A stretch of 64,000 nucleotides of DNA from Candidatus Sulfotelmatomonas gaucii (lineage in GTDB: Bacteria; Acidobacteriota; Terriglobia; Terriglobales; Acidobacteriaceae), in contig OKRB01000108.1 in the NCBI GenBank assembly GCA_900290245.1, positions 47,541-111,540 of the forward strand. The letters run 5' to 3'. The position numbers and the translations under genes are program-made. Numbering within the stretch: the first letter of the stretch is position 1; each line of letters opens with the position of its first letter. The notes beneath the pieces are model-generated. The model was not told the origin of the DNA, searched no databases, and worked only from the letters and a program-made list of their open reading frames with translations. Shown here in pieces: positions 37,684-50,181 of the stretch.

Positions 37684-39519
37684 TTACTTGTCTTCCGCCG
37701 TCTCTTCCAGCGGATCCTGCTCCGGCCTGCGAATCATCTCGTGCAACGCGCTTCCCGCCGGAATCATCGGGTACACCGAGTCTTCCTTCTCCACCATAAA
37801 GTTCAGCAGAAACGCTCTCGTAGACGAACGCGCTTCGTTCACGGCCGCCTCAACTTCGCTGCGTTTCCGCACCGCGCGTCCGGGGATTCCGTGCGCATCC
37901 GCCAGCTTCACAAAATCCGGGCTCACCAGCGGCGTGGCCTCGTAGTTGCGCTCGTAGAAGAACTCCTGCCACTGCCGCACCATGCCCAAGTAGCCGTTGT
38001 TGATCACGGCGATGTTGATCTTGATCTTCTCCTGCACAATGGTGGCCAGCTCCGCAGCTGTCATCTGGAATCCGCCATCCCCCGCAATCACCCACACTTC
38101 TTTCTCCGGGCAGGCGATCTTTGCTCCAATCGCCGCCGGCAACGCGAATCCCATCGTTCCCAAGCCGCCGCTGGTGATCAGCGTGCGCGGCTTCTCGTGC
38201 TTGTAGTACTGCGCCTCCCACATCTGGTGCTGGCCCACGTCGGTCACAATAATCGCGTCGCCCGCGGTCATGCGCCACAAATCGTGCATCACGTGCGCGG
38301 CGTAAAGATGTCCGAGGTCGGGCAGGTTCTTGATGTCTCGCACAGTCACCGCGCCCTTGCTCGCTTCAATCGTCTTGAGCCACACGGATCCATCGCGCCC
38401 TCCCTGGTTCCGAGTCCCGATACGCGGCAGCAGTTGCTCCAGCACTTCGCGCAGATCGCCCACCAGGGCCACATCAACTTTTACATTCTTGTTGATCTCC
38501 GCGGGATCGACTTCAATATGAATCTTCTTCGCCTTCATCGCGTAGTCCGTCAACTTGCCGGTCACGCGATCGTCGAAGCGCATGCCGCACGCGATCAGTA
38601 GATCGGCCTCCTGGATCGCGTGATTCACCCAGCTTTCCCCATGCATGCCCATCATGCCCAGGCAGAGCGGATGCGACATGGGGAATCCCCCGATCCCCAG
38701 CAACGTGAGCCCTACCGGAATCTGCGCGCGCTCGGCCAGCGTTCGCACTTGCTCCATCGCGCCCGAATCCATCACCCCGTGGCCCGCCAGGATCACCGGC
38801 CTTTTCGAGTTGCGGATCAACTCGGCAGCCTCCGCCAGTCCCGACTCCTCCACGCGCAGCATGGGATGCGGCTGATAGGGGCGCGGTTTAGCCGCTTCAA
38901 AATCGAAGATCGCCGAAGCTTGCTGCGCATCTTTTGTGATGTCCACTAGCACCGGCCCGGGCCGCCCCGACTTGGCAATCTGGAACGCATGCCGAAGCAC
39001 CTTCGCCAGGTCCTCCGCCTTGTTCACCAGAAAGTTGTGCTTTGTCACCGGCAGCGTGATTCCCGTGATGTCCACTTCCTGAAATGCGTCGGTACCCAGC
39101 ACCTTGCTCGATACGTTGCCCGTGATGCACACAATGGGAATCGAATCCAGCATCGCCGTGGCAATGCCCGTCACCAGGTTCGTCGCGCCCGGGCCGCTGG
39201 TGGCGACGGCGACGCCCACCTTGCCCGATGCGCGCGCGTAGCCGTCGGCCATGTGCGCCGCGCCCTGCTCGTGCCGCACCAGCACGTGCTTCACAGGAAA
39301 CTTGCGCAACGCGTCGTACGCCGGCAGAATGGCCCCGCCCGGATAGCCGAAGACATCCGTCACGCCCTCGCCGGCAAGCGTGGCCCACAGAATCTCCGCG
39401 CCCGTAAGCCGCGTCGGCGTGTTCAGGTGCGCATTCGCATCTGCCGCATCTGCATTCGGTGCTGCCGCGTTTGCGTTCGATGCGTTCTCTTTCGTCTTCG
39501 CGTTTCCCTTGTGTCCCAT
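37684..39519 (-). CDS. ilvB: Acetolactate synthase large subunit
   Basis: FGYPGGA, RHEQGA, TSGPGATN, DVGQHQMW, GDGGFQM, NNGYLGMVRQWQ; AAGGAG RBS at ATG 39519. Confidence 0.97.
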   Translation of the reverse strand: MGHKGNAKTKENASNANAAAPNADAADANAHLNTPTRLTGAEILWATLAGEGVTDVFGYPGGAILPAYDALRKFPVKHVLVRHEQGAAHMADGYARASGKVGVAVATSGPGATNLVTGIATAMLDSIPIVCITGNVSSKVLGTDAFQEVDITGITLPVTKHNFLVNKAEDLAKVLRHAFQIAKSGRPGPVLVDITKDAQQASAIFDFEAAKPRPYQPHPMLRVEESGLAEAAELIRNSKRPVILAGHGVMDSGAMEQVRTLAERAQIPVGLTLLGIGGFPMSHPLCLGMMGMHGESWVNHAIQEADLLIACGMRFDDRVTGKLTDYAMKAKKIHIEVDPAEINKNVKVDVALVGDLREVLEQLLPRIGTRNQGGRDGSVWLKTIEASKGAVTVRDIKNLPDLGHLYAAHVMHDLWRMTAGDAIIVTDVGQHQMWEAQYYKHEKPRTLITSGGLGTMGFALPAAIGAKIACPEKEVWVIAGDGGFQMTAAELATIVQEKIKINIAVINNGYLGMVRQWQEFFYERNYEATPLVSPDFVKLADAHGIPGRAVRKRSEVEAAVNEARSSTRAFLLNFMVEKEDSVYPMIPAGSALHEMIRRPEQDPLEETAEDK

Positions 39520-39534
39520 AACGGCTCCTTTAAA

Positions 39535-39703
39535 AGCTGCTAGCCTCAAGCTCCTAGCTTCTAGCTCGTTCTAGTCACTCTCAAGAACTCTCATTTCAGC
39601 AACCCGTCTTGCTCGTCCAACTTCCAAAACCAAACTGGTTCAGCCTATGCCGTTAGTTTGGGTTTCTGGCTATCAGCTAGAAGCTAGCAGCTAATAGCTG
39701 CTT
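39535..39703 (-). repeat. Inverted AGCTNCT heptamer arms at the ilvD-ilvB junction
   Basis: cagctagaagctagcagct (39674-) versus agctcctagcttctagct (39549-); ~100 nt spacer. Confidence 0.75.
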
Positions 39704-39704
39704 T

Positions 39705-41393
39705 TTACGTTGTCGCTCCGACCGACGCCGACGCCACCCGATCCACGTACTTGCGAAACACACCCTTCGGCCAGCGCAACGCCGGCGGCTTGAAGTCTTT
39801 GAGCCGCGCCGCCATCTCGGCATCGCTGATCTCCACGTTCAGCGTGCGCTTGGGAATATCAAACGCGATGATGTCGCCTTCGCGCACCGCCGCGATCGGC
39901 CCACCCACGAACGCCTCGGGCGCCACGTGCCCCGCGGTAAATCCGCGCGTCGCGCCGCTGAATCGTCCATCGGTAAGCAACGCAACTTGCGCGCTCAGTT
40001 CGGCGTTCGACGAGATGGCCGCAGTCACCTGCAGCATCTCGCGCATCCCTGGGCCGCCCTTCGGCCCTTCGTAGCGAATCACCACCACGTCGCCGGGCTT
40101 GATGCCACCGGCCTGCACCACTTTGAAGCAGTCTTCCTCGCAGTCAAACACGCGGGCAGGCCCGCGATGCTCGTACTTGCCCGCCGCCGCAATCTTCATT
40201 ACACAGCCTTCGGGCGCGAGATTCCCTTTCAGAATCACCAGGCCACCGTTGGGCTTGATGGGCTTTTCGAAAGTGTGAATGACGTCCTGGCCCGGAGTCT
40301 CGTTTGCCGTCGCAGCTTCTTCGGCGAGCGTCTTGCCGCTGATGGTGAGTGCCGAACCGTCCGCATGGCCCGCTTCGATCATGCGCTTCGCCAGCAGACG
40401 CGAACCGCCCGCTGCCTGGTAATCGGATGCCACATACTTACCCGCTGGCGTGAGAGAACAAATGTACGGCGTGCGCGATGAGATCGCGTCAAAATCGTCG
40501 ATATTGAGCTCGACACCGAGCTCGCGCGCGATTGCCAGCAGGTGCAGCACCGCATTCGTCGATCCGCCGCTCGCCGCCACGCTGGCAATGGTGTTCTCGA
40601 GAGATTTGCGAGTGATGATCTGCGAAGGCCTGCGATTGGCGCGGACAGCATCCATGAGAATGTGGCCCGCCTTGCGCGTCGCTTCCAGCTTTTCAGGAGC
40701 GGTGGCCGGAACGCCCGAAAGCTCAATCGGCGAAATACCCAGGATCTCGCCGCTCATCGCCATGGTGTTGGCTGTGAACTGGCCCCCGCATGCGCCCGCC
40801 CCGGGACAGGCATTCGCTTCCAGTGCCTCGAGGCCCGCATCGTCGATGCGCCCCGCGGCATACGAGCCGATGCCTTCAAAAACATTCTGAATCGTGATGT
40901 CGATTTTTTCGCCATGGGGGCCGTTCAGCTTGCCCGGCGCAATCGATCCGCCGTAGTACATCATCCCCGGAATATCCAGCCGGCACAGCGCCATGATGAT
41001 GCCCGGCATGTTCTTGTCGCATCCGCCGATACCCACCAGGCCGTCAAAAAGATTGCCGCGCGCCATCAGTTCAATCGAATCCGCAATCAGCTCGCGGCTC
41101 ACCAGCGACGCCTTCATGCCCTGCGTGCCCATGGTGATGCCGTCGGAGATGGTCACAGTGTTGAACTCCATCGGCGTGCCGCCGGCCTCGCGAATGCCCT
41201 GCTTCATCGCCTCTGCGATCTCGCGCAGGTGCACGTTGCACGTGCCGATCTCCGTCCACGTGTTGGCAACGCCAATAATCGGCTTGTGCAAGTCTTCTTT
41301 TTTGAATCCCGCCCCACGCAGATACGACCGCGCCGCCGCGCGGCTTGGGCCCTCAGTCAACGGAATGCTTTGTCGCTTGCCTTCGATAGTCAT
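39705..41393 (-). CDS. ilvD: Dihydroxy-acid dehydratase
   Basis: GTCNVH, TISDGITMG, GGCDKNMPG, GACGGQFTANTM, GGPGMREML, TDGRFSG, HVAPEA. Confidence 0.97.
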   Translation of the reverse strand: MTIEGKRQSIPLTEGPSRAAARSYLRGAGFKKEDLHKPIIGVANTWTEIGTCNVHLREIAEAMKQGIREAGGTPMEFNTVTISDGITMGTQGMKASLVSRELIADSIELMARGNLFDGLVGIGGCDKNMPGIIMALCRLDIPGMMYYGGSIAPGKLNGPHGEKIDITIQNVFEGIGSYAAGRIDDAGLEALEANACPGAGACGGQFTANTMAMSGEILGISPIELSGVPATAPEKLEATRKAGHILMDAVRANRRPSQIITRKSLENTIASVAASGGSTNAVLHLLAIARELGVELNIDDFDAISSRTPYICSLTPAGKYVASDYQAAGGSRLLAKRMIEAGHADGSALTISGKTLAEEAATANETPGQDVIHTFEKPIKPNGGLVILKGNLAPEGCVMKIAAAGKYEHRGPARVFDCEEDCFKVVQAGGIKPGDVVVIRYEGPKGGPGMREMLQVTAAISSNAELSAQVALLTDGRFSGATRGFTAGHVAPEAFVGGPIAAVREGDIIAFDIPKRTLNVEISDAEMAARLKDFKPPALRWPKGVFRKYVDRVASASVGATT

Positions 41394-41410
41394 TGTGCTC
41401 GCTTCGCTCG

Positions 41411-41596
41411 CCAGCTATTAGCTTCTAGCTCCTAGCCTCTAGCTTGTTCATGCTGCCGTTAAGAATTCTCTCTATCCGCCTTTTCTTTGAAGGGTGCGGG
41501 CTTTAGCCCCTGAGGGAAGTTTCCCGCCCGCTTGCTGCCGCCGCTGTTTGCCCGCTGACACCAGCTAGTAGCTGGAAGCTAGGAGCTAGAAGCTGC
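41411..41596 (-). repeat. Inverted AGCTNCT heptamer arms at the leuD-ilvD junction
   Basis: Arms 41561-41596 (containing the leuD stop) and 41411-41445; spacer holds a gaagggtgcgggctttagcccc REP-like half element. Confidence 0.75.
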
Positions 41597-42204
41597 TCTC
41601 GCCTTCAGCCACCCTGCCTCATCATGCTGGGTCTCAAACTTGTCCAGCGCTGCCGCATGCCGCAACGTAAGTCCGATATCATCCAGTCCTTCCAGCAAAC
41701 AGAACTTGCGAAATGGATCGAACTCGAACTTCGCGTTGAATCCGCGCCCGTCCGTCACCGTCTGCGCCTCGAGCGAAACGGTAAGCTGATAATTCGCAAT
41801 CTGCTGTGCGTTCTTCAGCAGTTCCCCAACCTCTCGTTCGCTCAGCCGCACGAGCACGATGCCGTTCTTGCCCGCATTCGAAAAGAAAATATCGGCGAAG
41901 GTGGGTGCGATCACCACGCGGAATCCGTAGTCGCTCAGTGCCCATGCAGCATGCTCGCGGCTCGATCCGCAGCCGAAATTCTTGTCCGCAATCAGGATCT
42001 TTGCGCCCTTGTAGCGCGGATCGTTGAGAACGAAATCCGCAATCGGCTTTCCGTCCGGCGTCTGCCGCCAGTCGAAGAACAGAAAATCGCCGTAGCCGGT
42101 GCGTTCGATCCGCTTCAAAAACTGCTTGGGAATGATCTGGTCGGTATCCACGTTGGCGCGGTCGAGCGGCGCCGCCAGCGCGGTCAATGTCTTGAAAGGT
42201 TCCA

Positions 42205-42205
<1 letters not shown>
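41579..42205 (-). CDS. leuD: 3-isopropylmalate dehydratase small subunit
   Basis: [40 protein letters not shown]. Confidence 0.98.
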
Positions 42206-43643
<1,438 letters not shown>

Positions 43644-43647
<4 letters not shown>

Positions 43648-44354
43648 GATCCTGCTCCAGGGCTTGCGTGCGATCCGGTTGCGCCGAGGCCGAAGATTTC
43701 TGGTCCCATATCCAACATGACTCCATTCGGCTGCACGATCGTCGCGAGCGAAAAGTTGTAGCGATATCCATGCGTGCCCGCGTATGGATCCGTGCCAATG
43801 GTGACAAGCCAGCGATGCAGACTGGACAGAAACGGCGAAGGAATCTTTTGCCAGCTCAGCTTCTCGCTCGTGTAGATCCATAGGTGACTCTTCGACGGCG
43901 TGGTATTGCTGGTGATCGAGTCGATTCCGGCGAAGATGATGACGGCGGGATCGGTCCTGGTATCGACCCAAAGCATGCCCCGATTGTCACAATCATGCGG
44001 CACGCATCCATCGATCGAGACATAACGATCCTCATCGAGAATTGCGTTACCGGGAACCCCCATGAAGACTTGCATCAACTCCGGCAGCGGCGTCAGTTTC
44101 CAATGGTCGTACCAGAACCATTGCTTCTGCGGAAAAGATTCCTTGAGCAAAGAAGCGAACCGCGCATCCATGTTGATCCGGTTTTCCTGACCGATTGGCA
44201 TACCCGAGGTCGACGGCGGGCCGGGCGCGGCAAATGCGCGCGTCCATGCGGCGTTGCGGCTCGCGTCCGTTGTCGGGGCCTGTGCAGGAACGCCCTGACA
44301 TCCTCCTCCGATAGCTCCCAGCAGCAGACCGATAATAAGTAGTTTGAAATTCAC
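43644..44354 (-). CDS. Putative lipoprotein with Ivy-like CxPHDC loop
   Basis: GGAGAGG RBS, GTG start, signal ending GGGC; [13 protein letters not shown]. Confidence 0.6.
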
Positions 44355-44389
44355 TCGCGTGTGTTCCTCTCCGCGACAATTATTGAAAA

Positions 44390-45481
44390 TCACGCATTCA
44401 CCAAATGCTGCTTCACCGTCTCCCGCACTTTCGCGCCCATTTCCTTCGTCGAGAGCACGGTGATGCCTTGCGTGTTGCCGCGGGCGAGATCGGGTGTGCG
44501 GAAGCCCTGCTCCAGCACCTTGCGCACCGATGACTCAATAGCAGTGGCCTCGGCTTCCAGTCCGCCCGAGTGGCGCAGAACCAGCGCTCCGGTCAGAATC
44601 GCGCCCAGCGGATTCGCCAATCCCTTGCCCGCGATGTCCGGCGCCGACCCATGCACCGGCTCATACAAATTCACCTTGCCGCCAATGGTCGCCGAGGGCA
44701 GCATGCCCAGCGAACCTGTGATCACTGCCGACTCGTCGCTCAGAATGTCGCCGAACAGGTTCTCCGTCAGCACCACATCAAAATCGCACGGTCGGTTCAT
44801 CAGGTGCATCGCCATCGCATCCACATATTGGTGCTCCACCATCACGCCCGGGAACTCCTTCGCCACCTCGTCCACCGTCGCGCGCCACAATTGTGAAACC
44901 TCCAGCACGTTCGCCTTGTCCACGCTCGTTAATCTCTTGCGGCGCTTGGCCGCCAACCCGAACGCGATCCGCGCCACGCGCGCCACTTCCTCGCGCGTAT
45001 AACGCATCGTGTTCCACGCCTCGCCCTTCGCCTTGTTCCACTCGCGCGGTTTGCCAAAGTAGAGCCCACCCAGCAGCTCGCGCACGAACAACACATCCGC
45101 TCCGTCCACGATCTCTGGCCGCAAGGGGCTGTTCACCGCCAGCACTTTGAACGCGAACGCAGGCCGCAGATTGGCAAACCCGCCTAGTGCCGCGCGAATC
45201 GCCAGCAGCCCGGCCTCGGGCCGTTTATCCGGAGGCAGCGAATTGAACTCGTTGCCGCCCACCGCGCCCAGCAGCACCGCATCGGCCGCAAGCGCCGCGT
45301 CCAGCGTGTCCTTGGGCAGCGGAGTTCCGTCCTGCACAATCGCCACGCCGCCAATGCGCTTTTCGGTAAATACAAAATCGTGTCCACCCTGCGAGGCGAT
45401 GTCTTTCAGTATCGCAACCGCTTCGTTGGTCACTTCCGGCCCGATGCCGTCACCGGCCGTCACTAAAATCTTCAGCTTCAT
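44390..45481 (-). CDS. leuB: 3-isopropylmalate dehydrogenase
   Basis: GDGIGPEV, ANLRP, VDKANVL, ENLFGDILSDE, YEPVHGSAPDIAG. Confidence 0.98.
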   Translation of the reverse strand: MKLKILVTAGDGIGPEVTNEAVAILKDIASQGGHDFVFTEKRIGGVAIVQDGTPLPKDTLDAALAADAVLLGAVGGNEFNSLPPDKRPEAGLLAIRAALGGFANLRPAFAFKVLAVNSPLRPEIVDGADVLFVRELLGGLYFGKPREWNKAKGEAWNTMRYTREEVARVARIAFGLAAKRRKRLTSVDKANVLEVSQLWRATVDEVAKEFPGVMVEHQYVDAMAMHLMNRPCDFDVVLTENLFGDILSDESAVITGSLGMLPSATIGGKVNLYEPVHGSAPDIAGKGLANPLGAILTGALVLRHSGGLEAEATAIESSVRKVLEQGFRTPDLARGNTQGITVLSTKEMGAKVRETVKQHLVNA

Positions 45482-45495
45482 TCGTCAGTTCCCGA

Positions 45496-45600
45496 TTCTC
45501 AGTTGTCAGTTGTCAGTAGTCAGTTTTCAAACGGTCGCGGCGGCTGGTTCCCCTGGTCCCTTGGTCCCTTGGTCCCTCGTTCCCTTGCTCTTTTGTTCCC
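45496..45600 (-). repeat. Two short tandem tracts between leuA and leuB
   Basis: Period-8 plus-strand CCC tracts at 45550-45600 (mRNA AAGGGACC) and a period-7 tcagttg tract at 45496-45526. Confidence 0.8.
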
Positions 45601-45608
45601 TGTCTTTT

Positions 45609-46805
<1,197 letters not shown>

Positions 46806-46891
46806 GTGTGCGCCTGCTCAAGTTCTTGCTGTGTGCCTGCCGGGGAAAACCGCCGTCCTGCTTACTATCCTATTTTCGCCGATTCCCCTCC

Positions 46892-46937
46892 ATAAGACAA
46901 AGTTATAATTCTTTTAGATTAGATTACAATTGCTTAT
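46892..46937. promoter_or_regulatory. Two LysR-type T-N11-A boxes in the leuA/LysR divergent intergenic region
   Basis: ATAA-gacaaag-TTAT (46892-46906) and ATTA-caattgc-TTAT (46923-46937). Confidence 0.65.
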
Positions 46938-47044
46938 AGAGGCAGCCTTTAGCTCTCAGCTTCTAGCCCGGCAGATGCACCCGAAACTGCGTCAACAGGG
47001 CGGCGTGCAGGTTGCCTGTGGCATCGGCTCATCCGGAGGATGCC

Positions 47045-47968
47045 ATGGAACTCGCCCAACTCGAGGCTTTTCTCGCCGTCGCGGAAGAACGTAGTTTCTC
47101 CCGCGCCGCCGTCCGCCTGCACCGCACCCAGCCCGCCGTCAGCCAGGTCATCCGCAAGCTGGAGCAAGCAGTCGGCGAAACGCTCTTCGACCGCGCCGCG
47201 CGCGACGGCTCCCTCACCGCCGCCGGCGTGTTGTTGCGTGACTATGCGCTCCGCCTCCTCGCCCTCCGCCGCGAAGCCTCCAGCGCCATCGACGAGCTCA
47301 AAAGCCTCGAGCGCGGCCACCTGCAACTGGCCGCCAACGAGTACACCTGCATGTACCTGTTGCCCGCCATCGATGCCTTCCGCCGCGAATTCCCCAACAT
47401 CGACGTCACCGTGCAGCGCATGCTGGCCTCGCGCATCCCCGAGGAGCTCAGCCTGCGCAGCTTCGAGCTCGGCGTCATCTCCTTCCGCCCCGACCCCGCG
47501 CAGATCCGCTCCATCGCCGTCTATGGAGACAGCCTCGCTCTCATCGTCAGCCCGCGCCACCCACTCGCCGGCAAAAAGAGTGTCTCCATCCGCGATCTCG
47601 GCAACGAAAACTTCATCGCTCACAATGTTGCCTCGCCGCTCCGCCGCAAGGTCATCGAAGCCTTCCAGCGCCACCGCACTCGGCTGCACATGGGCATCGA
47701 GCTGCCCACCATTGAGGCCATCAAGCGATTTGTGGCCATGGGCAATGGCGTGGCGCTGGTTCCCCACCTCACCGTGGCCCGCGAACTCGAAACGGGAGAC
47801 CTGGTGCGCGTACCAGTCGACGAACTGGATGTGCGCCGCGTGCTCCGCATGGCACATCGCCGCCAGGCCACACTCTCCTACGCAGCCAAAGCCTTTCTCC
47901 ATACGCTCAGGAATCTCGCGCGCGAAAAAGGACCGCCCTTCTTCTACCATGTCGAACGGGCGGGGTGA
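47045..47968 (+). CDS. LysR-family transcriptional regulator
   Basis: MELAQLEAF..VAEERSFSRAA..LHRTQPAVSQVIRKLE; GGAGG RBS. Confidence 0.95.
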   Translation: MELAQLEAFLAVAEERSFSRAAVRLHRTQPAVSQVIRKLEQAVGETLFDRAARDGSLTAAGVLLRDYALRLLALRREASSAIDELKSLERGHLQLAANEYTCMYLLPAIDAFRREFPNIDVTVQRMLASRIPEELSLRSFELGVISFRPDPAQIRSIAVYGDSLALIVSPRHPLAGKKSVSIRDLGNENFIAHNVASPLRRKVIEAFQRHRTRLHMGIELPTIEAIKRFVAMGNGVALVPHLTVARELETGDLVRVPVDELDVRRVLRMAHRRQATLSYAAKAFLHTLRNLAREKGPPFFYHVERAG

Positions 47969-47973
47969 AAAGC

Positions 47974-48155
47974 AGGGACCGAGGGGACTGCGGGACTACG
48001 GGACTCAGCAGACCGCGCGCTCAGAGAGCAAGTATTGATGTTATTGCAACGAAGACCATGGAGTGCGGTATTCCGAACGGCCAACGCCACGAGGCGTCGT
48101 GGCTCGCGAACTTCTGCATTGCGCAGTCCCGTCGTCCCGCAGTCCCCCGGTCCCT
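47974..48155. mobile_element. MITE-like element with ~32-bp terminal inverted repeats made of 8-nt units
   Basis: agggaccgaggggactgcgggactacgggact (47974-48005) versus agtcccgtcgtcccgcagtcccccggtccct (48125-48155). Confidence 0.55.
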
Positions 48156-48351
48156 TGCTCCCGCGTTCCCTTGCCGTGCGTCTATAGCCTCAGCAGCTTT
48201 CATACGTGCCCTGGGCTCGCGACCCGGCCCCGGCCATTTACAATGCTTTGAGCGGGGCCCGTAGGGAATTCGGCGCGCCGGACCAGAGTGCGGAAATCGG
48301 CATGCTCGTTGCCGGCCGCCCAGTTGTGCAAAATAAGAGGATCAGGATCGA

Positions 48352-48954
48352 ATGAAGAAGATCGCCTTTCTAGTCTCTCTGTTGGCCGCGTTCGCGGCCG
48401 CAGCCAGCGCGCAGGAGAGCCGCCAGGACATCAGCCTTAGCGGAACCGCGCTGATTGAGCCATTCATGGCTTCTTCCACCACCGTGCAGGTGCACTCCAC
48501 CACCGCCTACGGCGCCGCGCTCAGCTATCGCTTTATGCTCACGCCAAATAGCGCTCTCGAGGCCAGCTATGGCATCACCTACCAAAACAGCCTCCACTAC
48601 TACGTAGTCCCCAACAACTACAAGGTCCTCACCCGCACCGAGGCAATCACGGGTGCTTACGTGCGCTCCTTCGTATTCAAGAACTGGAATCCCTTCGTCG
48701 AAGCGGGCCCGGGCGGCTTCATCTTTATGCCCATCCGCAACTCCGGCACCACGAATCTGGATGTGAAGCGGCAGACTGAGGTTGGCGGAGTCTACGGCGC
48801 CGGTTTTGCCTATGAAATTAGCCCCAGCTTCGACATTCGCGCCGAATACCAGGGCTGGGTCACTAAGGTGCCGACCTTCGGGGATTCGCAATTTACCACC
48901 AATCGCTGGTACAACATCTCCGTTCCCATCGTCGGCGTGGCTTACCACTTCTAA
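48352..48954 (+). CDS. Outer-membrane beta-barrel protein (OmpA/porin-like)
   Basis: Signal peptide; alternating beta strands; NPFVEAGPG, DIRAEYQG, terminal GVAYHF. Confidence 0.85.
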   Translation: MKKIAFLVSLLAAFAAAASAQESRQDISLSGTALIEPFMASSTTVQVHSTTAYGAALSYRFMLTPNSALEASYGITYQNSLHYYVVPNNYKVLTRTEAITGAYVRSFVFKNWNPFVEAGPGGFIFMPIRNSGTTNLDVKRQTEVGGVYGAGFAYEISPSFDIRAEYQGWVTKVPTFGDSQFTTNRWYNISVPIVGVAYHF

Positions 48955-48978
48955 AAACAGGGATCAGGGGTCAGAAAG

Positions 48979-49010
48979 CCTAAGGGATGGACCGAGGTCC
49001 ATCCCTTAGG
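48979..49010. terminator. Perfect 15-bp hairpin between convergent genes (bidirectional terminator candidate)
   Basis: cctaagggatggacc-ga-ggtccatcccttagg, flanked by agaaa and tttct. Confidence 0.7.
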
Positions 49011-49035
49011 CGTTTCTGGATTCTGTGCTCCGCCC

Positions 49036-49854
49036 TCAGATCTCTGCTTCCCGGTACCGCCCCAGCTCCTTTACCATTCCGCAGTGCGCGCGCAGCGCGT
49101 CCAAAGAGTGCGCTCCCTCTTCGCTTGAGCCGATCTGGTAATCCACGTAGAAGATGTACTCCCACGGCTTGCCCTGCACCGGGCGCGACTCGATCTTGGT
49201 CAGGTTCGTGCCCATTGCGCTCAGCGCGCTCAGCGCCGCCACCAGCGACCCCGTCCGGTTTTCCAGTGAAAAGGCCACGCTCATCTTGTTCGCCTCGGGA
49301 TCGGTCTCCGCTTCTGCCTCCCGGTGCACCAGGAAAAAGCGCGTATAGTTCTCCGCATCGTCCTCAATTTCGGTCTCGAGAATTTCAGCGCCATAATATA
49401 TAGCCGCCTGCTCGCTGGCAATCGCCGCCGCGTGCTTGTCGCGCAGCGCCACCAGTTGCTTCACGCTCCCCGCGGTATCGTAAAAGGCAACCGCCTTCAT
49501 CTTCTTGTGTTCCGCCAAAAAGCGCCTGCACTGCGCCAGCGCCACGGCATGCGAAAACACGCGGTCGATCTCGTCCAGCGACGCGCCTCGTATCGCAATC
49601 AGGTTGTGCCGGATGCGCAGCAGCGTCTCCCGCACGACTTTCACATCGTGTTTCAGCAGGAGGTCAAAGTGCTCCAGCACGGAACCGGCCAGGCTGTTCT
49701 CGATGGGAATCACCGCGGCATCCGCTGCTTTCGAATCCAGCGCCGCAAACACCTCTGCCGAGAGCGCGCACGGCAAAATCTCCGCGCCTGCCACCAGCTT
49801 CAGCGCCGCCTCGTGGCTGAATGACCCCGGTTCCCCCTGAATCGCGATCTTCAT
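49036..49854 (-). CDS. pheA: Prephenate dehydratase
   Basis: IAIQGEPGSFS, PIENSLAGSV, SHAVALAQC, NYTRFF, NLTKIESRP. Confidence 0.95.
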   Translation of the reverse strand: MKIAIQGEPGSFSHEAALKLVAGAEILPCALSAEVFAALDSKAADAAVIPIENSLAGSVLEHFDLLLKHDVKVVRETLLRIRHNLIAIRGASLDEIDRVFSHAVALAQCRRFLAEHKKMKAVAFYDTAGSVKQLVALRDKHAAAIASEQAAIYYGAEILETEIEDDAENYTRFFLVHREAEAETDPEANKMSVAFSLENRTGSLVAALSALSAMGTNLTKIESRPVQGKPWEYIFYVDYQIGSSEEGAHSLDALRAHCGMVKELGRYREAEI

Positions 49855-49898
49855 GCTGTCGCTTCGTCCCCTTGCTGAGCCCTGCAACAATCCACTGC

Positions 49899-49943
49899 TG
49901 TCATCCTGAGTGAGGTCGCCGCGGCGACCGAGTCGAAGGATCT
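49899..49943 (+). repeat. Palindromic element family B
   Basis: tgtcatcctgag-tga-ggtcgcc-gc-ggcgacc-gagt-cgaaggatct. Confidence 0.7.
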
Positions 49944-50039
49944 CCGGCTGTCTTTCCCTCTCGCACCATACCACACGCCCATCAGCCTGTTACTCCGCAC
50001 CTACGAGTGCCGGAAAACCTGGACTTGTCTCTTAGTCCT

Positions 50040-50180
50040 CTTTTCCCTCGCTACCTTGCTCCCTTGTTCCCTCGTTTCCTGCTCCTCGTTCCCTCGTTCT
50101 TCAATATCGCCGCGCAATCCACTAAACGAGCTAGCAGCTCGGAGCCAGAAGCTGGAAGCTCGCAACGTTCCTCGCTCCCT
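50040..50180 (-). repeat. Mixed short tandem tracts between the UbiA-family gene and pheA
   Basis: Period-8 ttccctcg/ctccttg units (50040-50098) and AGCT-type units (50128-50162). Confidence 0.6.
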
Positions 50181-50181
50181 G

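Noticed and set aside
43648-43971. 108-aa N-terminal extension of LeuC in the ORF track
   Set aside because: It overlaps the Ivy-like gene in another frame; LeuC homology starts at MNTPKTL.
49855-49974. N-terminal extension of PheA
   Set aside because: It is the translated family B palindrome; homology starts at MKIAIQG.
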